This document shows, one piece after another, positions 1 to 7,262 of a stretch of DNA of 20,000 nt. Each line of letters opens with the position of its first letter. Position 1 is the first letter of the stretch. The notes under the pieces are model-generated. The model made no database searches and was not told the DNA's origin. It worked only from the letters and a program-made list of their open reading frames with translations. The DNA comes from an uncultured virus (IMG/VR IMGVR_UViG_3300029309_000019). Its lineage: Duplodnaviria > Heunggongvirae > Uroviricota > Caudoviricetes. Both the position numbers and the translations under genes were made by a program. The stretch lies in the IMG/VR virus record IMGVR_UViG_3300029309_000019, positions 44,678-64,677 of that record. One strand, written 5' to 3'.

Positions 1-1
1 T

Positions 2-3000
2 ATAGGTCAAGAAGTAGTTGACTTTACTCAACAAGCAGAAGTAGTTATTACAAGAAAGCAAACTAAAGTGATGGAGGATAAGCTACGTGCTTACAGAGAT
101 GGTTTAAGAAGAGGTGGTATAAATACTAGAAAACTTACAAGAGATTATAAAAGAGAGATAGAGAAGTTTATCAAAGAAGACCTTGGGATACCTCAGTCAA
201 TACTTACTAGGTCAGAAGTCAAAAGAATGACTAAGAAGATGTTTGAGGTTACAAGCCCAGAGCAAGCTCATAGAGCGTTAACAGAGATTGTAGCTATTGC
301 AGAAAAAGCTAAAAACAGAGAACTTCTTACACAGTTAGAAACTCTAGGTAAAAAAGGACTAAAGGTTACAAAGCAAGGCTCTATTAGAAAGGGTAAGGCA
401 ACTGCGGAAGCTCAAGCTACATTTGATAAAATGAACGAGATGATGAGGTCAGAGATGACTAAAGAGCAGGCTCAAGATAGAATGTCCGAACTTGTTGATA
501 AAATAGAAACATTAGAACCTGGCACAAAAGAGTATAAAGATGTGGCTAACGAAATAGAAATGCTAGGATTTGTTGGTTACAAATCTCAATCTAATCAGCA
601 GCTGCAAGACTTACAGGCTAAAATGAAAAGAGTTGTTGAGGATGGCAGAACTGAAAGACAACACAAAGACGCTGAAAGAAGTGCTGAGAAAGAAGCTAGA
701 GTAGAAGAGTTTTTGAAGATTCTAACCAAAGGAGATGGAGTTGCTGTTACTACAGAGGGTAAATTAGATGCGTCTCGTATAGGTAGAACAATAGAGCAAA
801 TAAGTAATCTAGAAAACTGGATGTTAGGATGGGACGCTTTGATTGACAAAGTTTCTAAGTTTGACAAGTCTTCTGGTATGTATGAATCTGCGTTAAGTAA
901 GTTTACTGAAAACGTACACATCTCTGAGTTTAAAGAAAACGCAAAACAAGAGCAGTATATGTCTGAGGTAGAAGTTGCACTTCAAGATATTTATAAAACA
1001 TCAGGTAGAGCTCTTAATAGAATACTAAGACAAAACACAAAGGTTCAAGAAATAGGAACTTTTGAATTTGCAGATGGAACAACAAGAAGAGTAGTTGCTA
1101 GTCAAAATCAAGCCTATAAAAAAGTTATGGAGTGGAGAAATCCTGATGCCAAAGAAAAATTAGAGCAAAACAACGGATACACTCAAGAAGTTATAGATGC
1201 TATGGAAGCATTTTTAAAACCAGAAGTAAAGCAGTGGATGGAATGGCAGTTAGGTACTTTTTATCCTAAGACGGGTCAAGAAGGGTTAAAACAGGCTGCT
1301 GAAAGGTATGGAGTTATGCCAGAGCTTCAAACAAATTACTCTCCTTTAGTATTAAAGACAGCTGTTAGAAAAACAGGAGCTGAACTAACTCCTGAAGGAA
1401 CCGTGGCCTACACAACTACAGGGACTACTAAGTCTTTTATGAAACAAAGAACAAAGCATAAGCAAGAGGTGGACATGGTTGATGGTGACGCTATATTAAT
1501 GAAACATATTACAGACATGGCTCACTACACTTCTTGGGAAGGAACTGTAAGAGATTTGAGGTCTGTTTTTTATGATGGTAGAGTTAGACGTGCTATACAA
1601 GAAAATCACGGTGGTCAGATACTAGGTAAGATAAACGACTATATAGACACATTTGCTGCTGGTAGAAACTTAAAAGCTCAAACCATAAGCGCTATAGAAA
1701 ATGCTAGAGCAAGATTCGTTCAAGCTTCTATTGGATTAAACCCAGTAGTATTTGTTAAGCAGTTAACATCTATACCTGCGTATGTTGCTGATGTTGGTGT
1801 TAAAAAGTTTATAGATGGATTTACTGATGTATTGAATCCTACAAAAACAAAAGAGATATTTGACATACTTATGGAATCAGACTTTATGAAAGCCAGATAT
1901 AAAAAAGGTTTTGATAGAGACATGATGATTGCCATGAAGGAAATGAAGTTGAAGCCTAAAGATGGAATTACTTTAACAGATGTATCATTTGCTTTGACTA
2001 AGCTAGGGGATAAAATGGCAATTGTTGCTGGTGGATGGTCTGTATATAAATCAGCTAAGGCTGAAGCTATAGCTAAAGGTAAAAGCGAGGCAGAGGCTCA
2101 TAAGATAGCTTTAAACAGATTTTCTAAAGCTAGTAAAAGAGCTCAGCAGGCTGGTGGTATAGCTGACCTTTCTATGTTCCAACAAGGTGGTACATTTGCA
2201 AGATTAATGACAATGTTTAAGACTGCTCCAAACCAGTATTTTAGATTATGGGGTGGTTCAATTAGGTCTTTAGCGTACGGTAGAGGTAATAAGAAAAAAG
2301 CATTAAGAACATTTGCCCTTACTCAATTTGCGTTACCTATGTTTTTCCAAGCGGCTGCAAATGGATTTAATATATATGACGAAGACGCAGATTTAGAGTC
2401 AACATTTGATTATCTAGACCCAAGAAACTTAAGTAAAGAACAAAAAAGAGCAGCAGGACTTGGTGTATTTAACGGTGTATTTCTTGCTGGTGATATAATA
2501 GATAATCTATCAAGACACGTATATTTAGGTCAAAGCTTTGATTATGGCACAACACCTTTACAGTCTACTGTTAAAGAAATGAAAAGAGTTATTGACTTTG
2601 CTGAAAAGTTAGATTACGAAAACATGAGCGCTGAAGAAATATCTGAAGCCATAGATTTAACGTTAAATGTTGTTGGTAAAGCAACTGGTGTGCCATATCA
2701 ACCAGCTAGAAGAACATATGAAGGAGCTAAGGCATATATAGATGGTAAAACTGATGATGAAAGAAGATTGTTAGGTTGGTCTACATTTATGCTGGGTACT
2801 AGCGAAGAGAAGGAGTATGCCGATAAAATAATTAGTGAAGGCATATTGACCAAGAAAGAAGCTATGGAATCTTACAAACAGAAGTTTGAGATAGGTGGTA
2901 GTAGAGACGATAAGAAAGCTTTACAGGACTTTGAAAAGTATTATGATGCTTACTTAGCTTTTGGAGAAGAAGTTGATGGAGAGTTTGTTTTTAAGGATAG

Positions 3001-3586
3001 AGAAGCTATGTTCTTTTTAGATAAGTATACGCCTACCGAAAGAAAAGTAGCAAAACTTAGAGATTTACAAAAAGAGATGCCTGCTGATGAGTTTAGAAGT
3101 TTTTATCAAAAACTAGATAATAACAAACTTTTGTCTAATGATTTAAAGAAATCGTTCAGAAACAAAAAAGGTGTTGTTGAAGATAAGTCTGCTCTTGAAA
3201 ACATGGAGTATGTGTATGACGATTTAATTTTTGGCAAGGGTGATGTTACACCTGAAAACTTTAATTCTAAATTAAAAAAATCTTTTGAGACAGCATTAAA
3301 AAATGAATCTAATCCGTTCAAAAAGAAACAGATAGCTAGCAGATATAAATCATTAATTAAGAAGGCTGCCATACTAAAAGCTGTGGGAGAAAGACCTGCA
3401 TATTTCTATGATGCTCTGAGCCTTGAAGAAAACTCACAGACTAGACTTGAGATATTCAAGGAGGCTAGACAACAGCTTTCATCAGAAGAATATAAAGCTT
3501 TGTATTTTAATCTAGCAAAAGCTAAGTTCTTTAAAGACATAGAATTTGCTAGGGGTCAGAAGAATATACACTTAGGTGTTGATTAA
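2..3586 (+). CDS. Very large alpha-helical phage protein, 5'-truncated; probable internal virion / DNA-ejection protein
   Basis: The frame is open from position 2 (ata ggt caa gaa...) with no stop before the track's GTG at 68, so the gene starts upstream of the window. Over 1190 aa, K/E/A-rich, with mildly hydrophobic segments (IVAGGWSVY, FALTQFALPMFF, GLGVFNGVFLAG) as in podovirus-type ejected proteins. Lies just before tail-like genes. Function inferred from size, composition and position. Confidence 0.6.
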   Translation: MGQEVVDFTQQAEVVITRKQTKVMEDKLRAYRDGLRRGGINTRKLTRDYKREIEKFIKEDLGIPQSILTRSEVKRMTKKMFEVTSPEQAHRALTEIVAIAEKAKNRELLTQLETLGKKGLKVTKQGSIRKGKATAEAQATFDKMNEMMRSEMTKEQAQDRMSELVDKIETLEPGTKEYKDVANEIEMLGFVGYKSQSNQQLQDLQAKMKRVVEDGRTERQHKDAERSAEKEARVEEFLKILTKGDGVAVTTEGKLDASRIGRTIEQISNLENWMLGWDALIDKVSKFDKSSGMYESALSKFTENVHISEFKENAKQEQYMSEVEVALQDIYKTSGRALNRILRQNTKVQEIGTFEFADGTTRRVVASQNQAYKKVMEWRNPDAKEKLEQNNGYTQEVIDAMEAFLKPEVKQWMEWQLGTFYPKTGQEGLKQAAERYGVMPELQTNYSPLVLKTAVRKTGAELTPEGTVAYTTTGTTKSFMKQRTKHKQEVDMVDGDAILMKHITDMAHYTSWEGTVRDLRSVFYDGRVRRAIQENHGGQILGKINDYIDTFAAGRNLKAQTISAIENARARFVQASIGLNPVVFVKQLTSIPAYVADVGVKKFIDGFTDVLNPTKTKEIFDILMESDFMKARYKKGFDRDMMIAMKEMKLKPKDGITLTDVSFALTKLGDKMAIVAGGWSVYKSAKAEAIAKGKSEAEAHKIALNRFSKASKRAQQAGGIADLSMFQQGGTFARLMTMFKTAPNQYFRLWGGSIRSLAYGRGNKKKALRTFALTQFALPMFFQAAANGFNIYDEDADLESTFDYLDPRNLSKEQKRAAGLGVFNGVFLAGDIIDNLSRHVYLGQSFDYGTTPLQSTVKEMKRVIDFAEKLDYENMSAEEISEAIDLTLNVVGKATGVPYQPARRTYEGAKAYIDGKTDDERRLLGWSTFMLGTSEEKEYADKIISEGILTKKEAMESYKQKFEIGGSRDDKKALQDFEKYYDAYLAFGEEVDGEFVFKDREAMFFLDKYTPTERKVAKLRDLQKEMPADEFRSFYQKLDNNKLLSNDLKKSFRNKKGVVEDKSALENMEYVYDDLIFGKGDVTPENFNSKLKKSFETALKNESNPFKKKQIASRYKSLIKKAAILKAVGERPAYFYDALSLEENSQTRLEIFKEARQQLSSEEYKALYFNLAKAKFFKDIEFARGQKNIHLGVD

Positions 3587-3609
3587 AATCATTAAAATTC
3601 GTATATTTG
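3579..3609 (+). promoter_or_regulatory. Bacteroidota primary-sigma promoter (TTG-N20-TATATTTG)
   Basis: TATATTTG at 3602-3609 matches the -7 consensus TAnnTTTG. TTG at 3579-3581 lies 20 nt upstream. Intergenic, ending 18 nt before the ATG at 3628. Confidence 0.65.
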
Positions 3610-3627
3610 TAACTTAAATTAAAAAAA

Positions 3628-4365
3628 ATGAATAAAAAATTTGATTTATCATTAGGACTTGGAGGCCCAACTCTACTAATGTCAGATGGAGATAGAGCTA
3701 CTGGAATAAACGGTTATGCTCTTCAAGCGTTGGAAGATTGTGTGTTTAGTGAAATTGTACTAGACCAAACTACTACAATTCCTTTAGAAAAAAAATTAAC
3801 TATTACAAAGATAACTAATGCTAGTAATGAGTTTGAATTATCAGCTGATGATATAGCATTACTATCTGTTGGTGATAAGATATATTACAATCATGGTGGA
3901 GTTGACCTTCCTGAAGGAACAGTTCAAGATGGTGAAGGACGAGCAACAGAATTAAAAGATAAAAGTATATATTTTGTAGCGTCTATTGATACTGCAACTA
4001 ACGAAATAACTATTGAAGAAAGCGTAGGCATTGGAGCTATCACGTTAGATGATGATGGTACTTTGTACGGATTAGATACGTATTTTGCTAGAATACCTGA
4101 GCCTTATCAAAAAAACAATCCTCATGGAGAGTTTTCAAGAAATGCTAGTGGTGCTAATGATAGAACTCACCACATTGTTGGAGCTACAGACGGTCGTATA
4201 TTTACCACATATGATGATGGAGGTGTTCAGGTAAATATGTTTGACACAACTGGTGGAGCTAATGTTGGAGACGTAACAATACCAAGAGGTATGACTGTAT
4301 ATCTTCCTATTACAAGTATTTTATTAACCACAGGAGCATGTATAGTTTATACTAAAGGTATGTAA
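3628..4365 (+). CDS. Putative virion/tail-associated beta-rich protein with an apparent inserted domain
   Basis: 245 aa, G/T/D-rich. Flanks YALQALEDCVF and VTIPRGMTVYLPITSILLTTGACIVY resemble two halves of a small phage protein family. The middle (LSVGDKIYY...YFVASID...GAITL) resembles a tail-fibre module. Confidence 0.55.
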   Translation: MNKKFDLSLGLGGPTLLMSDGDRATGINGYALQALEDCVFSEIVLDQTTTIPLEKKLTITKITNASNEFELSADDIALLSVGDKIYYNHGGVDLPEGTVQDGEGRATELKDKSIYFVASIDTATNEITIEESVGIGAITLDDDGTLYGLDTYFARIPEPYQKNNPHGEFSRNASGANDRTHHIVGATDGRIFTTYDDGGVQVNMFDTTGGANVGDVTIPRGMTVYLPITSILLTTGACIVYTKGM

Positions 4366-4367
4366 TT

Positions 4368-4619
4368 ATGGCTGGAAGTTTAGGTTTAGGAACAAATTTA
4401 TTACATCAGACTCATCTTGAGTATACAACTATTTCTGGATATTTATGGGAGTTGTCGGGTACTGACCTGATGCCTTTTCCTACTGGCTCTGTAACTGATT
4501 ATAATTTAGCTTGGGATTTAGATGGCACTGATTATATGCCTCAATCATCTTTGAGTTTTTCTGGCACTGAAGGTAACTGGGAAGAAGTAAGTGGAGAACT
4601 AGCTCCAATAGAAGTATAA
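4368..4619 (+). CDS. Small acidic repeat protein (three 22-aa units), probably tail-associated
   Basis: WELSGTDLMP / WDLDGTDYMP / WEEVSGELAP, with Trp codons at 4446, 4512 and 4578 (66-nt period). N-terminal SLGLG motif. Confidence 0.65.
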   Translation: MAGSLGLGTNLLHQTHLEYTTISGYLWELSGTDLMPFPTGSVTDYNLAWDLDGTDYMPQSSLSFSGTEGNWEEVSGELAPIEV

Positions 4620-4638
4620 TAAATAAAAATAAAATAAA

Positions 4639-5514
4639 ATGGCAACACCAAATATAGTACCAAGAGCAAATAACGAAGGAGAATTAGGTACAACTAGTAA
4701 AGCTTGGGCTAAAAGCACCGTTGGAACATCTGCGCAAGTAGGAACTAACGCAGCTCAAAATTTAGTTTTACAGGCAGGTAGAATTACATTTACTCCATCT
4801 ACTGGTGATACTGTAACTTTAGCAGCTGCAACTAACGGAGCTTTAAGTATAGCTACAGATGATGCAGCAGCAGATAATGCCGACTTAGATTTACTTATTG
4901 ATGGTAACATAACTTATAATTCTTCTTCTGGAGTTCATGAGTTTAAACACGCTTCAACTACTTTAGGAGCTATAAAAGGTAATTTTTCTCAGTTTAATAC
5001 AATAGAATATGTTAGAGTTTTAGGATATACATCAGGAACAGCTAGTACAAATGTATTCGGGCCAGACATTTCTCAGGGCTCAACTTCTCACATATGGGCA
5101 GACTCTCTTTTTGCTGATGGGGGTGCGGTACAAGTATCATCACCCGATAAAGCTATACAAGCAGCTCAGTTAGTTGCTGGTAGAGGTGGATATATAAATA
5201 ATATACATGGCTGGATTTCTGGTACTAACGGTAAAACAGCTACTTTTAGAGTATTCAAAGCTACGCCTACTGATGATGGTGCAGGAACTTTAGCTATGAC
5301 AGAGCTCGGTCAAGCTAACGGTGTAGATGTAGCCTTAGACGGAACAGGTGAGTCTACTAGAGTAGATTATAACTCTGTAGCAAGTTCTGACCTTGGCAGT
5401 ACGGCTACGTTTTCTGCTAACGACTTAATAGTTGTGGGTCTTCAAAGTGACAGCGCTGGAATGGTTTCCAGATTTGCTTTAACTATGGAGGTTGTATACA
5501 CAGAAATAATCTAA
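4639..5514 (+). CDS. Tail fibre / receptor-binding-like protein
   Basis: N-terminal NIVP..N...LG.....W motif typical of phage fibres, an A/T/G/S-rich shaft and a beta-sandwich-like C-terminus. A-rich leader. Confidence 0.65.
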   Translation: MATPNIVPRANNEGELGTTSKAWAKSTVGTSAQVGTNAAQNLVLQAGRITFTPSTGDTVTLAAATNGALSIATDDAAADNADLDLLIDGNITYNSSSGVHEFKHASTTLGAIKGNFSQFNTIEYVRVLGYTSGTASTNVFGPDISQGSTSHIWADSLFADGGAVQVSSPDKAIQAAQLVAGRGGYINNIHGWISGTNGKTATFRVFKATPTDDGAGTLAMTELGQANGVDVALDGTGESTRVDYNSVASSDLGSTATFSANDLIVVGLQSDSAGMVSRFALTMEVVYTEII

Positions 5515-5521
5515 TAGTAGC

Positions 5522-6556
5522 ATGAAAAAAATAGCTTACTTATTATTATTTTTTTTGTTATCGCTATCTGCGACAGCACAGTTTAAGAAAGCTATAAAAT
5601 TTTCTACATTCTATGTGGCTGCTAATGGGGGTACATCTTTATCAGATAGAGAGGTGTACTCTGTTAATAGTAGCACACTATTATACGACACAATTATTAC
5701 ACCATACGATTACTCATTAGCTATGGGTATACGTAAAATACAGAGGTTTCAATATGAACCTCAACTACCATTTAAAGATGGTACAGAATCCTCTTTTTCT
5801 GATGCGGCTAACATAGGCAGAAATCCTTTTGAGTATTTATTTCAAATAGAATATAAAAGACAAGAGGGGATAGAATACTTAGACCAACATCATTTTATAA
5901 GATACATTAGACCAAAATGGTTTACAAAAGCTGAGTATATTAAAGATGGTTTTGCAGACATAGAATACTTTGAAGGCACACATAGACTAAGATTGAATGG
6001 TAGCAAAAAGTTATCATTCAATATAGGTGCTGTGCAAAGGCTAGCAGAACCATATGGCTATGACCCGCTAGAAGAGTGGACAATGACTACTGGTGATATA
6101 CACTATACACAGCTAGCTATTGAAGAAGGATATAGTATAGATGTGTATGAATCTGAATATAGAGCGCCAAGCGGTGCTATTGTAGCAACTAGTTCTGAAG
6201 TATGGAATGAAGTTGTTATGCCACAAGTATTAGAAGACTATGTGTCTAATAAAAGAGGACAGTTAGCTAATCAGTGGCAACACTCACTAGTTATAGGATT
6301 TGATTTCTATCACTACAAGAAAAACTTTTGGTTACACTCCTGGGGTAACCTAATGCCTTATCACTATGATGATGATAGTGAATACTCTTATCATAATTTT
6401 AATGACGAAGAACAATGGTATGATTACTCAGGTGGTATTATATTTGGATTGAAAGCAACTAAAAGTTTGGGTTGTTTTATAGAAGGAAAATACAATAAGT
6501 ACTGGAATAAAGAATGGTACGGATTTAAATTAGGAATTAACTACGTTATACTTTAA
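5522..6556 (+). CDS. Exported protein, probable outer-membrane beta-barrel
   Basis: Sec signal MKKIAYLLLFFLLSLSATA|Q. Many alternating aromatic/hydrophobic strands (LVIGFDFYHY, FWLHSWGN, YSGGIIFGLK, LGCFIEGKY) and a terminal strand YGFKLGINYVIL resembling a beta-signal. Confidence 0.7.
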   Translation: MKKIAYLLLFFLLSLSATAQFKKAIKFSTFYVAANGGTSLSDREVYSVNSSTLLYDTIITPYDYSLAMGIRKIQRFQYEPQLPFKDGTESSFSDAANIGRNPFEYLFQIEYKRQEGIEYLDQHHFIRYIRPKWFTKAEYIKDGFADIEYFEGTHRLRLNGSKKLSFNIGAVQRLAEPYGYDPLEEWTMTTGDIHYTQLAIEEGYSIDVYESEYRAPSGAIVATSSEVWNEVVMPQVLEDYVSNKRGQLANQWQHSLVIGFDFYHYKKNFWLHSWGNLMPYHYDDDSEYSYHNFNDEEQWYDYSGGIIFGLKATKSLGCFIEGKYNKYWNKEWYGFKLGINYVIL

Positions 6557-6559
6557 AAG

Positions 6560-6646
6560 ATGAAAAAAATTTGTAACTTAATTAAAATGTTAACTTTTGG
6601 AAAAGTGTGTTTAGGACACTGCTGTTCTAGTAACTGTGAGAGATAA
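6560..6646 (+). CDS. Unannotated 28-aa cationic Cys-rich peptide MKKICNLIKMLTFGKVCLGHCCSSNCER
   Basis: ATG at 6560, 3 nt after the previous stop. Its TAA (6644-6646) overlaps the next ATG (TAATG), so it exactly fills the gap. 5 Cys. Confidence 0.7.
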   Translation: MKKICNLIKMLTFGKVCLGHCCSSNCER

Positions 6647-6924
6647 TGGCAACTGAGATAAGCAAAGAAACAAAACTAAAATTAAGTTTAGAAACTATAA
6701 TAGCTATAGGTTTTGTGTTAGTAACAATGACTGGTATGTGGTTTACATTGAAAGCTGAAATACAAGAGGCAAAAGAATTACCTGAGCCACCACCAGCAGA
6801 AGTTACACGAATGGAGTTTGATATGAAAGACCAGCTTGTGCGTCAAACAATAATGACTACACAAGAGGATGTGAAAGAAATCAAGGAGACACTAGAAAAA
6901 ATAGAACGAAAGATTTATCAATAA
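6646..6924 (+). CDS. Single-TM membrane protein with Pro linker and C-terminal coiled coil
   Basis: TM IIAIGFVLVTMTGMWFTL, linker LPEPPP, heptads VKEIKETLEKIERKI. TAATG overlaps at both ends. Confidence 0.75.
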   Translation: MATEISKETKLKLSLETIIAIGFVLVTMTGMWFTLKAEIQEAKELPEPPPAEVTRMEFDMKDQLVRQTIMTTQEDVKEIKETLEKIERKIYQ

Positions 6925-7262
6925 TGTGGAAATACTTTGGAACCTATTTATTAGTATTATTTTTCTTGGCTCTCTCGCATATTGCTTCATGTCAGGTGAC
7001 AGCGATTCATTTTAACGCTGGCTTTAACGCTCATAATGATGTTGAGTGGTTTGATGAGTTAGTGGATTGTGAAAAAGAAAGCAAGACCATTGATGGTAAT
7101 GACAATCAAAAAAAGTACACGATAGCAGTTGTACCTACTATAATTGTGTTTGATGAAGGAGAAGAGGTGAAAAGATTTCAAGCAGACCTAAGTTTTAAAA
7201 TGGTAGCTACTGAAAAAGATGTGCAGGATTATATTGATGAATTAATAATGAGTAAATTTTAA
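6924..7262 (+). CDS. Exported thioredoxin-fold protein lacking CxxC
   Basis: Signal peptide ending IASC-Q. Thioredoxin signatures HFNAGF (cf. F.A.W) and KYTIAVVPTIIVFDEGEEVKRF (cis-Pro VPT, F..GE). The CxxC position reads NAHN. Confidence 0.7.
   Translation: MWKYFGTYLLVLFFLALSHIASCQVTAIHFNAGFNAHNDVEWFDELVDCEKESKTIDGNDNQKKYTIAVVPTIIVFDEGEEVKRFQADLSFKMVATEKDVQDYIDELIMSKF

Noticed and set aside
595..3372. Antisense ORFs (595-921, 1720-1935, 3106-3372) and similar shadow ORFs elsewhere (e.g. 7512-7739, 9256-9474, 13313-13588, 18084-18500)
   Set aside because: They lie opposite well-supported genes, have atypical composition and lack leaders or motifs.
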